A stretch of DNA of 63,598 nucleotides, counting the filler. It is 3 parts of 3 records of this genome, joined end to end, with 100 filler letters (N's around TTAATTAATTAA, not from the genome) between each part and the next. Parts side by side here need not be neighbours in the genome. Positions count along the whole stretch, not along the records: positions 1 to 27,692 come from DRR378314_315; 2 more parts are not named here. One strand, written 5' to 3'. The position numbers and the translations under genes were made by a program. This document shows positions 12,401 to 25,397 of the stretch, piece after piece (positions within the stretch are counted from its first letter, which is position 1; the number at the start of each line of letters is the position of its first letter). The notes below the pieces were generated by a model, which made no database searches, was not told the origin of the DNA, and saw only the letters and a program-made list of their open reading frames with translations.

Positions 12401-14821
12401 CCGTGCGTGTAGCTTCTAAACGAGCAGCGCAGGGATCTGTAGGTTGCTGCTTCCGCTGCGACTCTCGTTCCCTTCCAGCCTGGTTTGTACGCGTTGGTTG
12501 CACTGCCCGTGTGCTTCTATTTGCGCGGGGCTGTGTCTACGTTTCGCCAACTGGCCATGGGATTGAGATACATTAGTATTGCGAGCGTCGATGGTATTGG
12601 GCAGCGCGTGTGTTCATTTTCCCCTTCGTTGGCCTGTGTTGTTCACAGGTGTGATCTGGGTTGGGTTTCCAGCGTTCGTACATTGACGAATAGCTTCGTA
12701 TCTAGCGTATTGCTCGCACGCGTTTTGTTTATTAATCTCAATGGTTACAATGATGACACTCTCGGGCGGTTCCTGGGATATGCAGGTTCGAATTTTCGAC
12801 GCAGATTTCTCGGAGTTTTTCTCCCGGACACCTTGGTTCGGCATTCCTGTGGTCTGGGGTCCTATTATATATTTATTGCTCCAGGCTACCTTGGAGATGG
12901 GAATTCACACTCTTGCCATTGTGGTGTTTGTGGCGCTTGGTATCATCATGTGGACGTTTGCCGAGTATATGCTACATAGGTGCGATTTCGTTTCACGTAT
13001 CCGTTCTTTCGTTCCGAATGCCCGTAGCGAGAAGAAACGTAGACCGGGATCGTGTGCTGTGGCAGCGTAGAGCGATCTTGAACAGCATTTGATGAAGCGT
13101 TTCTGCTTACGTATTGTGACGACTCCGTGTGCATTTTGTTGCCACTGTCCCTTGTCCTGCAGGTTCCTATTTCATATGAATGTGAGATCGCCTCTTGCTG
13201 TGCAGCTTCATTTCCTGTTGCACGGTGTTCATCACCTCACACCGATGGATGGAGAGCGCCTTGTATTTCCTCCTGTTCCTGGTGCATTGATCGTATCAGG
13301 TGAGTTGCATTGCGCGGTGCTGTCGCATACGGTAGATATATCTTTGCTCCGGCTTTGCAAGAGGACCGGTGGCTGCTTGCTTGCGTCACGGTGCGCCTTG
13401 CGAGGTCTCATTTCTGTGTGCGCGGTCGTCTCTACTGGAGAGTCGCCATGTGCGGTTTGCCAGTGATTGTGTCGTTTTCGTCCAATGTGCGCATTTTTTC
13501 GCTGCCAGTGCATCTTGCTCCTTTTTTGGCTTGGTGGCGCACTGCGGTCGTCCCGGTACATGGCGGTTATGCGGAACAGCAGGTGGAATGTGCTTCTTTT
13601 TGCGAAGCGCCTGCTATTCTTGTTTGCAACAAAATCATGGCTTGAAACATTGGCATTTTTTTCTCGGGCGAAATGCCCTGGCACCCTCTTGACGGGGCTC
13701 CTTAGAGCTGAAGTGCAAACACGAGGGTGTGGGGCAAGACTGCGCCGAGCGCCCTTGTTTTCTACTTTGATCGAATAGCACACCCGCGGAAAACCGTGGT
13801 AGCGTACCAGTTTGTTTCAGTACCGATGCTCCGACTCTGCGCTTTGTCTGCGCTTTCCGCTGCTGTTTTGGAAACGGTGCCGCTCTGCCGCTCTGCCGTA
13901 TCCACATCGGTGCTCGCAATATCGCTATGCCGTGCGAAACCCTGTCGTGGGTTCGTGCTTCAGTGCCCTTACTCCGGTCTCGTCTGTTTTGTTTTCCCCC
14001 TTTTGCGTACTGGAATTTTGTGTACGCAGTGATTTTCTCTGCATTCGGCGCGATGCTGTCTCGCCGCGCACTCTACCCTGTGACGGCGGGATTTCTCCTC
14101 GGATATGCCATGTATGATCTTGTGGTACGTATGCACTGCGTAGGGAAAGACGGACGATGCTGCCATCCACACTCATTCTACAGCGCGCGTCGACAGGGGA
14201 CACGGAGAATCTTGCGATAAACTGAAGTAGATCTTCGAACAGAGAGTGAATGTTTGTGTATCGTTGCACATCGTAGCAAGATCGTATCGACATGCGCTGT
14301 ATCGGAAGGAATTATTGCTCTGCAGGGGGACGAATCTGACGCGCACATTTTGCTGGACGTGGCGTTTTGCAGCATTACTATCTGCATCACGCTCGGCCTC
14401 TAACTCGGTACATGCGAACATTGAAGTCCTATCACCTTGATCACCACTACAAGGTAGCGTTTTGCGGATTGATGCGAGGTGTTTTGCGTCTCCAAGGTGG
14501 AGTGGGTCGGATCGCATCGTGTGCAAGCGGGTCTCGCGGTGTTTTTGTGCTGGAGCGCTGTCGGAGGAGGATTTGCACGCCCACTTCCGCTTCTTTAGTC
14601 CGTGTTGCAGGCGCTGCGCGACCATACCTACGGAGGGCCCGCAAATGGTCGCGGGTGGCCGAGCAACATGGCGCTCCGTGTTGAGTACTGATTCTGACTG
14701 CTCGTGCGAGGCGCTTGCGTTGTTGCTGTGGTCCTACGATGCGCTTGCGCAGAACTTTGAGCTTGGGTATGGTATTACGAGCAAGCTCTGGGATTCTATC
14801 TTCGGAACTGTGCTTGCATAG
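9473..14821 (+). CDS. FA2H: Cytochrome b5-fused sphingolipid fatty acid 2-hydroxylase (FA2H/Scs7); exons 9473-9629, 11792-12033, 12786-12979, 13163-13299, 14030-14124, 14373-14453, 14753-14821
   Basis: Cytochrome b5 heme motif HPGG...DATEAF...HS. Histidine boxes EYMLHRFLFH, LLHGVHH, HYYLHH and YHLDHHYK. C-terminal YGITSKLWDSIFGT. All introns are GT-AG with compatible phases. Confidence 0.93.
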
Positions 14822-16806
14822 GCGGCGCTCTCCGCGCTATTTACGACTGGGAGAGCTGCGAGAGGCGGTGAATTTGTGCGCAAATCACTTCGTTCGAAAT
14901 CATTTTTTTTTTTTGGGTTTTGTATTTCATACCCACCTCGCTATCATCGATACGCCTGCATTTGGTCGGCAATATTTATGCTTCTGTTCCCTGTGCACTC
15001 CTACTCTGCGGAAATACACTCGGAAAAACTAGAGGGCGCAACAGGCGCCGCGCGATCGCGCATCGCGTTTTTTGTTGATAGATCTCCGGGATGGCCGAGA
15101 TATCGTGTTCCAGCGAGGCGGTGCACTTGATTCATGATGCAGATGGTATCTGGAGACACCGTTGCGCCCGCTCGCTGGCGTACAGTGAGCTGCCCTGTCG
15201 ACTTGTTTCGCCCCAGCGCTCTCCCGGCAAGCACATGCACCGGCTGCTTGTCGCCACGTCGCTGGAGCATCTGTGGCGGCAATGCCTCGCCCAAGCGGAC
15301 AGTAGCATTCCGCTAGCGGCGCGCAGCATGTGTGCACAGCTCTCGCGGCCTTTTACAGCCGGAGATATGCTGCGCCATGGGAAGCAAGAAGCTCGTCTTC
15401 AGCGGGAGTCTGGTGCGTGATCGACGCCCATGGCATCACCTGTAGCGCCGTCGCGCCGGCCAAAGCACGCCGGAAGGTAGCAGCGAGAGCCCCATCGGAA
15501 ATCATTCAAAAAGGTGAGAGCAGCAAATTACATGCATAAACGCAATTGAATTAGATGTACAGGGGATCGCGTAGATCAAACGTTGATTAATCCGCCCAGA
15601 AAAAATAGAGGGATGTACGACTGTGTGGCAGAAAGGGAAGGCCTGTGCAGCGCGATGCGCTGACTACGAAGGGTCAGCAACAGCGCTTCAGCGCTACCGA
15701 TCTGTCCCCCCTCTCTCTGTCCGTCTGACACGTGTCCACAAAGGGTGATCAGGATCGAATCCACATACACAAGTGGTTCCATATGTTACGATAGCAAGAC
15801 ACACGCGTGTCCGTCGAGGTCCCTTTCGGAAACGTGCTGGCCATTTCGCTGTACACCAGGCGATGTCCCAAGCTAGCGGGGCGTGACGCAGCGAACCACC
15901 ATTCCGTTTTCCTTTTCTCCACAAAACCATGGCAAGCCAGAGCTACGTGATCGTCTCCACGCCTTCGTGCAACATACAAAGAAATAATGTTCAAGTCATA
16001 GCAAGGAAAAACAACAGCAACTAAACCTGCATGAAAACGTCACACGAACAGGATCATGCGCCACTGTGCGCGTTTCCTTGCGCAGCAAGATGAATGCTGA
16101 TCCACGCCGTGCAGCCGCTTGTTCCAGCCTGGCAGGAATAGCTGCAGTGCTCTGGCAGTGCTACTGCTGCAACTGCAGGCCAGGCCAGTTCGGATACAGA
16201 TTAACGCAGCTGGTTTCGCAGCTGCAGGCCTCTCGAGTATACACAACACGCCTCGTACAGACAGGCGCATGGACGGAACGCGGCAACGTGGCAGCGATCG
16301 CACCTCGACGTCCTCGCCAAATGCAGCGACTGCAAGGCCAGCATCTTCGACATCAATGCCAACGTAGAGCACTGTCCCGCACGTTTCATGTGCGTATACT
16401 ACGGCTACAACATGCAGTGTACCAAGCTGTACCACAGGGCGCGGAATGCTGGCGCCGAACTGCATCTTCAGCTCAAACCCTGCATGTGGCCATCGCGGGC
16501 GGCGGCCGGTACCCACGTGAGCGATCGGCGCAAGCGCAGCGCACGCACGCGGCGGCTTCACTATGCATCATTTTTCCGTGCAATGCCAGGGCAACCGCGT
16601 TTGGATGTACTCTTTGACATCCGCATTGAAATCAACGCGCGAGTAACTGAAACCCCTGAATATGAGCACGAGGAGATCCTTGTCAGAAGCGGCACAGCCA
16701 GGCTTCCAACAAGGCGAGGACTGTGCGACTGCAGCTGCGCGAGATTTTGTGTCACAGGCTAGCGAAAGCTTCTGCCGCCCGCGCACGAATGTATAAGAAA
16801 ACGTAC

Positions 16807-18643
16807 GGGGTAATCGATGGTTTCTAGCAAACACTTGCTTATTGGGCATGCTTGCAATAACTACGAGCTCAGCTGCCTCTGTTGTGAGAGTCGCATCATC
16901 CGAGGCGGGGGCCAGCAGGTTCCGTTCGATCGACGCCGCGCAGGGCGCAAGCAGCTCCAAAACGTCGGGCGCTCGCAAGTCCAGCGACGGCACTTTTTCG
17001 AGAGGGAAAAAGGACGCTTGTACACTGCACCGATACGTAAACAGCGTCGACAGGTCGATACTCGCTCAAATCAGGTCTGGCTGAGAGGGATGGAGATGAT
17101 TGGCATGTGCACGGGCGATACGAGAGCGACGAGGTGCTTCCAGGAAACCCAACATCGCGGTTGCCGCTTGCCAAGAAGTCAGATCCCGAGCTGGGCGCAT
17201 CGGCAGGAGCCTCATGCGTGCAAGGGCTCTATCGCACTCTTTCATCACCTTTCAACAATTTGGATTGCCAAAGGGCAGTGTATGAGGTGCCAGGGAGTCG
17301 AAAATCGCATGGTGCTCACAGTGCGATCTGCATTGGTAATGCACGGACCTTTCGCCGTCTGCCTGCTCGGGGCGTTTCGGTTCGCCTGATACGCGCTCGG
17401 CCACAAACGTGAACCGTGCCCACAGTGAACTGCAACGCATTGCCAGCGTATATGCGCGGGACTATGAGGTTCTATGTGTTCAAAAAATGCAATCGCCATA
17501 GCATCGTGCTACAGCCACCGTTCTATGGCTCCATCGTGTGTAAATTCTTGCCCCCAATTCGTTTTCAGGAGCGCATGGTAGAACGCAAGCCGGGGCGTTG
17601 CCATGATCAGACTGGCGGCAATGCAGAAGACGCGCAGAGGCTTGTAACCCAGCCGTTCTTGTCCAATCCTGACACTTCAATATCCTCAGAATAGAAGGTT
17701 CCCGATTGTATCGCAAAACCCCGCTCAACTGTATAAACTATAGTGCGAATCGAGAGCAAGGCTCCAGCGGTGAGCCTTCGCAGGCAATGCCGTAGCGCTC
17801 TACTCCTTGCACGTGTCGACACTGGAACGAAACCACTACGATCATGGAAGGGAGCTCATAGAAATGTGCTGCATTCTCTGCGGCATTCGGAGGAAACGTG
17901 TAGGTAGGAATTCGTAATCGATCATCTTGCGGTCCCGCACAGAGGTCTCAAGGAATACCAGCGCATCCCAAAGCACGCCCTAGTTCGCGGGAGCGGCAAG
18001 AGGCACAGCGGAGAGGAGCGCACTAGTGTGGAGCACAAGTAGTTCGCGCAAGGCAAGCGGCAGTTGTGCATGGGCATGCAGCTACTCAAATTGACTTCCT
18101 TCTAGCCTACACGCCTCGGGAACACTGTTGAAGAATGGAGACTGAAGCGGGCGCGCGACGCGAAGGCCTGCAAGTCGGATACGCGCACACCGCTCTGTGC
18201 ACGCTTGTTGCCAAAACGGACCTCGCGTGGCTGTACCACTCGACAACCGCGATGCCCTTTATGGCAACGTCGACGCCTGCCTCTTCCTTTGTTTCGCGGA
18301 TCGCTGCTGCTTCGAGGCTTTCTCCCGCGTCGACGCGCCCTACAAATATATCGTGCAATGTTTATTTAGCAAACGTCAACAACAACTTAACATGTTGAAC
18401 CTGAAAGGACACGGGCGCGTGGTGCTTGGCAGGAGCACTGCAATGCACCCACTTTGCGAGCGCCAAGAACGCCCAGCTTCCGAAACCGTGACACACGCAT
18501 GCGGACCTTGCGCACGTACCTGCAGGCAAATACCAGCCGCCGCCTTTGCGTTCGGTCTCTTCAATCAGTAAGAGCTTTCCATTTTCAACTACATGCACGG
18601 CCACTATGGCAACAAAGTTTTCGCGAAGGACAGGCTTAGACAT
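16807..18643 (-). CDS. Nudix hydrolase, NUDT18/MTH3-like; exons 18643-18520, 18339-18222, 17429-17349, 17024-16807; further 3' exons below 16807 unresolved
   Basis: Spliced Nudix box G-RVDAG-E-SLEAAAI-RE-TK-EE-AGV. WYLPAG, WARFTFVA, ADGESVQA and LRAPDVL resemble NUDT18 as recalled. Stop codon not located. Confidence 0.8.
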
Positions 18644-19473
18644 GCTTGCTCGCTGCGAAGCTGCTGAGAGCGCCGGCGAGTTTCTCTGTCAGTCCACCTG
18701 GGTTCTGTGTGGCCCTCGACGCGCTCGCGCTCAGCTGGCAGTGTGGAGAGAGATGCCGCGCCTCCCGGCCGGCAATGCGAGGAAAGCGACAGATACAAGC
18801 AAATACGGCACTCCTTCCTATACACGAAACGTGCAGCGATAGATAATGACTCTAATGACCGGTTTTTTTCACTGTCGCTGCTTTGGGCACGAGCGTGAGG
18901 TAAAAACGCCGTTCTTCACTCTGCAGTGGCGGGACGCAGAGTGCCAGCGCTTGCGAGGCGTTCCTGCAGCAGCGTCAGATTAAACATGTCATGCATGAAA
19001 AATCATTCCTAAGGTACCAGGAAAAGAAAAGACGCATTCTGGACGACGCGTGGGTTCTTGTTGTAAAAACTCCCTAAATTCATGTGTCGTGGCCTCTTTG
19101 GTGTGCGCACACGCTGCTCGTACGCATCTGGTCGCTGAGAGCTCGGCGGCGCAGAATGCGGCAGGAACGCTAGTCGTAAGAAGCTTTGGAAGTGGCTTTG
19201 CATATATTGATATTGTGCACTACGCAATATGCGACAAGAGAATCGATCCCCAGCATCGCGAGAGTGAACTCGGGTCTTCAGGAAGTGCCTTGCTAGCTGG
19301 CCTGCGATGGCACCTCAGCGGCAAGCGCCGCGGCGCGATTCTTCGGCACGGTTCGTGCTCGCTATAATGCACTGTGTATTGAACACACACGTTGCACCTT
19401 TTCATGTGCACTTGATTGCAAAATAGCTTCGAATCGCGTCTATGATAACCTGCAAGTTGTGCGCGTGCGCGCG

Positions 19474-22400
19474 CTATGCAAGCTTGGGCTTGTGCAACCG
19501 GTCGCGCAGCAATGCACGGACCGCAGCAAGTGCCACCGAGATCGCGCAGATCCACAGCAGACAGGCATCTGCATCGCTCCGCCAAAAACGATCTGGCGAC
19601 TCGGAAGAAATATTCAATATGCTCTGTATCATGAGACGATCAATAGAACGGTGGAGCGAGATCACGTTTTCACGACTTGTCGACGCAGCTGCGCCAGCGT
19701 GCAGACCCTTCGCTCTCGCTGCTTCACCACGGGGCAAGACTCCCCTATCCTGCGGGATGGTTGGCGCGCGACCGAAGTACCGGCTAAAGCGATTGGGCCG
19801 GCCGAACACGGAGCGGTATATGCCGCGGGCTCAATGAGAAACGAGAACAAAACGTACGCGTAACCTCAACATCGCATGCAATTTGTTTTTTTTTTTTTTG
19901 CTTTTCGCAAGAGCTATACGCTGCGCTCGGCACCCACGAATGCGCGCTGTTTGCGAATGCGGATGGGGAAACGACAGCGCAAGAGACGCTGCTTGGCAAA
20001 TCACACGCGCGAAAGCGATTGCTGACGCACCTCAGTGGGATGTGATCGATCGGCATTTCCTCTGTTGATCGTACTGAAGCCGTGGAGTGCATTGCACCGC
20101 GGCGTGAAAGGACTGCAAACAGATCTGCGACAGTAAGGGCTTCCACTTGGTTTGCACTGCGCGCACGGAGAGCGCATTGCCCGCGTGATAGGCGATGCAA
20201 CCCCGTCAGCATCCCCAAGACACGCTGTGCACGTTGGAGCTACGCCTCATGCGGAACTGCGCCGAATCGCAGTGGAGGCATATCTTGCGTTGCTCGTCAC
20301 AGACAGTCCATGTACAAGTGAGCAACACTGTAGCGAGACAAAAATTTTGCGCACCTTTCTTTTCCCGGGTTCGAAGTGAGAAAATTGTACAGCAGGCGGG
20401 AAAGCTCGTCCGCCTCTGCCACCCCGAGTGCGGACACCGAGCTCGAAGAGAACGAGTCTTCGCCTGCAAGCACGCCGGCGGTGGCGGACGACATGGGCGC
20501 GCAAAGAAACATCTTGGCGGTCAGGATCAAGAGCATTCTTAAAATGAAATGCCAGGTTAAACCAACGCCCCCTAAATACACGCATTCTCTGAACTGCGTG
20601 CGAACTCACCCCCCTTTGCGCTCGAAAGTGTTGTAACATGTGGAGAGCGGATCGGCTCTACAAACGTTTCGGCCTGCACCCGCATGTACGTGCACATTGT
20701 AGCGCAACAGAGAAGTCTTTCGGTGAGAAAGTACGAATATGCGATATAGAAAACGATTGTGGTATAATGCTGCTTACGTTGGTTTAGGGATAGCATTTCC
20801 GCAGACATACACTTTGTGAAGCAGGCAAAGGGGCAGAGCGGAACGTATGAGAGCGTGCACAAAACAGGAAGAGGAATGGCCACATGGCATGTATCCGGGC
20901 AATTAAGGGAACAAACAAACACGTCAATATGCGGAGCGCTCAGCAAATGAGATCAAATTGAATCGCTGAACGTATAGTGGTTCATCATGAGTACATGCAG
21001 CCGCACCTCGCAGGAGTCCACAATGACCATCAGGTGGTTGTATCGCCCGTCCTTCCACATCGTGTCGACTGCGTCTGCCATGTCCACTGCAATCCCACAG
21101 CGGTCGATACATACGCAATAGGTCGGCCATCGCGGCAGAAATAAACCGTGATCCCGCTCCAAAGAACTGCGTGCGCGGCACATCTGCTTCGGAAACGAAA
21201 TAACAACCGTATAATAGTACGCGCGTACACTAGCGTGCTCCAGAGATCTGGCAGTTTCAGGAAATCTGACTGGGAGAGGACCGTCGCCGTACCTGCGGAT
21301 AGTTCCTGTGAGTCCTGGAACTACGCGTTGCGCAAGGAAGCGCAGGGCAGGTCCGCACAAGAAGTCAAGTCGTTAGGTACCGTCTCAGAAGCTCTTTTGC
21401 ACACATTATCGGCACCCATGTAGGTCATGTAGAGCGCAAGCGTTCCCGAGGTGGCACCTGCTCGCGTTCAATCTTGCCGCGCGCACCTTGATAAACCCGT
21501 CGCCTCCGTGCCCGCTGATGTAGACTAGCACGTTTGCGTTTGCGTCCGAGAGCAGCCTCTCACTCCTGGGTGCGTCGTCGCCTTGTTTTCCCGTTAGCAC
21601 ACGCAGGAATTTTTCCACCTGGCAGAGCGCACGAAAACGGGACCAATGTTCCACGGAGCCAGCTCTCGCGCCGTGGTGAGGGCGGAGCATGGGCACGCGC
21701 GAAGCGCGAGAAATCGCGTGCTTTGTTGCGCGCTTGCTGTGCTGAAGCGGAGTTCGCGTACCGTAACAGCCCGCCCGCGTATATCTATCTCGTCAGACTC
21801 CAGGAGAAGATCATCCTCGCCACAGGTGACCTGAAAGTTGGTTTTGTACGATATCGATAACGCCAGGTTAGGGGTTTTGGTCGTGCACCACAGTACGGGT
21901 ATTTGCGCAGCTCGTGCTGTCGCGGCTGCAGCATTGGAGACGACCGGGCGGGTTTCAGGCACGTTTGAAGCGGGTGGAGGTGATGTGAATCAACGTCCCT
22001 TCCTCAGCCCCAGCACAACGCACCCGTCCCGCATATGGATTTCGTGGATTGCATGCTGTATCATCTGCTAACATCATCACTATATTCGAGTCAGGGATAC
22101 CATTGCGCCGAAGGGCGCGGTACATGGACATGGCGTTGGCAGTGTGGCGATAGTTGAAGAAGTAGCGCGACGCGCTGACCTGCACCCAGAGCAGCCATAC
22201 GGAGATACTGCGTGGCGTCGTCAGGGCACGGCAGCACAAGGGGTGCAAGACGCGCGTGGCCAGTGACGCCTGTACTGCAAACAAATTTATTTATTTTTTT
22301 CAAAAAAGAAGCGATTAGGCTAAATAGACAGGAAAAGGAGAGCATGGTTGCGCGGACGCTGCGTACTCGCGCGGCCGCACGCGGCAGACACTGCGGCGAG

Positions 22401-22530
22401 GTTGCGGCGAGGCGCTGCACGTCGTTGCGCACGAACGCACCACCACTGCATGCACGGGGGCGCCGGGCTCGGATGCTAAAGAAAGCATCAATAGAATTGA
22501 AACAACAAGGATGTATCGCCATGCCATCAT
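19474..22530 (-). CDS. GPI8: GPI-anchor transamidase catalytic subunit (peptidase C13); 10 exons: 22530-22441, 22179-22024, 21830-21762, 21618-21487, 21320-21293, 21086-21007, 20673-20610, 20463-20355, 20156-20031, 19783-19474
   Basis: Signal peptide, then [20 protein letters not shown], catalytic His in [18 protein letters not shown] and catalytic Cys in VIVDSCEA. C-terminal hydrophobic segment followed by KPKLA* (KxKxx-type ER retrieval signal). Confidence 0.92.
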
Positions 22531-24245
22531 GCGCCGTTCCCCGCGTTCAGGGTAGCACTCGCGGTCCTCGACGGTGCTGCTGCATGCCTGCGCGCCGACC
22601 GATAGGGGTACGCGCGGGAGCGCAGCGGAGAGCGGAGCGCGGGAGTGCGGCAGCAGCTACGGCTGGGGAAGTAGGGCGGCGAGGTGCCGGGCTCCGATTC
22701 CGCCGCGGATTGCACCTCCTCCTTTCCGGGTCTCAAGGACGCAGTGGCAGTACTTCAGCGGCGCGCGAGTGGTTCCTAGTCCTGAATTTATGATCGCTTT
22801 TGAATGAGCGAAACATTTACAGAGTCCTATTAGTGAAATTTGTTTGTAGTGGAAGTATGACGAGCGGCAGAACGCATCTGCAGCGCGCTCGGGAACGACG
22901 TCGCTCTTTTCTCTATGCGCCTCGGCTCGCGTATGCGCAGGGTAGGCACCTGGCGAAGTGCCTTGCTAGTTCGCAAACCCTGCAGATGGGAGGGTGGTCA
23001 TGAGCGGCATGCCGACGCACGTTCATCACGATATGCGTGTACGACACTACTTTGGCGCACACAACCAATTTTACGAGCACCGCGCTGTATTCCGAAGCGC
23101 CGACTTGTTACGTTGCAGAAATGGTCCCTTGCTTCCGCACGTGAATATCGTCCAGCCACACGGGCGCTTGGAAACGGCACCAATGGTACACTTGTTTCGC
23201 TTATTTCCCCGGGAGCATACTGCGCCATGGCATGTTACTTCCTTGTAGCAATCTCAGCGATGGAACCGGGTGATAGAGGTCCTTTGCATCGCGCACTCTA
23301 GATCAGACTAGTTGCATCATGCAGGTTCTCTCTGCAGCGATTCGTGTTTCTGCGGCACAGTACTGGATCAGCAGCGTGTGTGTGTGTGTGTGGGGGGGGG
23401 GGCTCGCTGGCAGTGTACATGAATTGCAAACCCTCACAGCCACCTTTCCACTCCTTCTTTGCTCCGACTTGGCATCTATCTAGCCCCGGCCCGGCACCGT
23501 CGGATACGGTCAGACATGTACGCGCGATCCTGACCGCAGGCGGTGCGGAATTTGGCGAAGCAGCAGGACGGAGCAGCGCCCAAGATCGCCCAAGTGCAAT
23601 CCGGTTCGTAGCTCGTGCGCTGTGCCTGCAACAGCACAAAGAACCCCGTCATCTGGACAAGGAAAGAAAACAAATGCTACGGTGCGCTTGAAATATCGGC
23701 TTCGCTAATGAGGTCGTGCAAGAAGATCCTCGTCGAGATCCCTTTCCGAAAGGTCGTCTAAGAGATCGTCTGCTCTTCCGTGGCGCATTTGCCGTGACAG
23801 GCGATGCTGACTAGCTCGGCGAACATTCGCTGGAGGAGAGCAAGCCCGAAACAAAATCGGTACAGAAAAATCGCATAAACAAACGATTCGTAGCATATGT
23901 CGGGATTGGTGGCTACGGATAAAGAGTGTAGTTGCACGAGTCCAGCCACAGCTGCAGCTCTATGACGACAAGAAGAAGCTAAGCGGACACGAGCAAGGGC
24001 TCTCCGCAACGAAAACTACATCACATGGGCTGCCGTCTTATCGCTTTCGCGGTGACGAAACCGCATGGTTGATACATAGAACACAAATCATATTGTAGTT
24101 GATACGAAGTGATAAGGTTAAGCAAAGAAACAAACGATGTTGGGCGACTCGTCCCGACCGCGCGGCGAAGTATCCGCAGCAGGAAGCAGCACACCGTGCA
24201 GAGTCGGGCGGCAAGGAAACAGCACCACAGAGCCGAGGAAGCGAA

Positions 24246-24333
24246 GCAGCAATGAGACTCCCACGTTCACAATACCAGCCCGCATGCAGCAATGAGAATC
24301 CCACGTTCACGATACCAGCCCGCATACAGCAAT
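24246..24333. repeat. 40-bp tandem repeat, about 2.2 copies
   Basis: gcagcaatgagactcccacgttcacaataccagcccgcat followed by gcagcaatgagaatcccacgttcacgataccagcccgcat (2 mismatches), then acagcaat. Confidence 0.9.
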
Positions 24334-25397
24334 ATGGGTTTGCAAGACTAAGCTGTGGCATTTAGTGAAAGCGGTTGTGTCCAAAACATGAGGCGCCGGT
24401 CAATTGAAAGAAGTCGCTTGCGGCTCAGGGTGCATAGCACGATATCCGCAAGGTGGGACACGTCCATGCAGAGCAGTCCGGCCGCACGGGAAGAGAGCAC
24501 GCCCGGGAGCCCACAAAAACATGACAATACACATGGACCAGCAGGTGAACATAGATACGTATACAAAAAATGTTCCGGATTACGCAAGCGTGTACAATCA
24601 CCGCAAGAGCGAGGGCACCGAGAAAATATGTTGCACGGAACATAGCGCATAAGTACAGGCACACAGCAGCCGCATCGCGCCATGGGATGCAGACGGGTTG
24701 GCACGCAAAAAAGGGCGCAAGAAAGCACAATAGTAGACCAGCTGTCGTCAGGAAAGGGTCGATATTACCACTGATCCAGACAAGCGGTCGTCATACTACG
24801 TGTTTACTATGAACGTGCGGATCAACTATGTGATGTCAGGATACCCTTGTGGCAGCTGCCGTGCGCACCGAACAGCGACTATCAGCATCACACCGTCTGT
24901 CGCAGCTCAACGCCAGCTAAATGGCGCTCAGGAGCACAAGCAAGTAAGTCTGTATCACGGTGGTATTGATAACGCACTGTGCAGTGCTCACCAGACCGGT
25001 CAAGTGACATTGCGATTCCCAGCATTATGTTTGCAAGAGACGGGTGGCGCCACGGACCTACTCGCATCTCGTGTGCCCTAGGCGCGCCCACAGCAGGCGG
25101 GGGCGGGAAATGAAGCTTTCGGCGAAGATCGGGTCCCCACGACGGACGTCGAAGCATCCATTCGCGCCTGCTTTCGCCGGCTCGAGATCCTCCGGTGCCC
25201 AGTATATTGACGACAGCTTCCTCTGCGGAAGAAGCCTCTGCACGAGCGTCACCCGAGGCCGCAGAGGAAAGCGTGAGCAGAACGGCTAGGCAGTCTACAC
25301 GCGCGCGCACAAGCCGCGTTGTTATCGACTTCTTCTACTCCCCATTATGCACGCACACATGCTCCTGAATACCGATGATGTAGACCAGGGGACGCGT

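Noticed and set aside
24246-24333. CRISPR array
   Set aside because: The repeats are contiguous with no spacers, the context is eukaryotic, and there are no cas genes.
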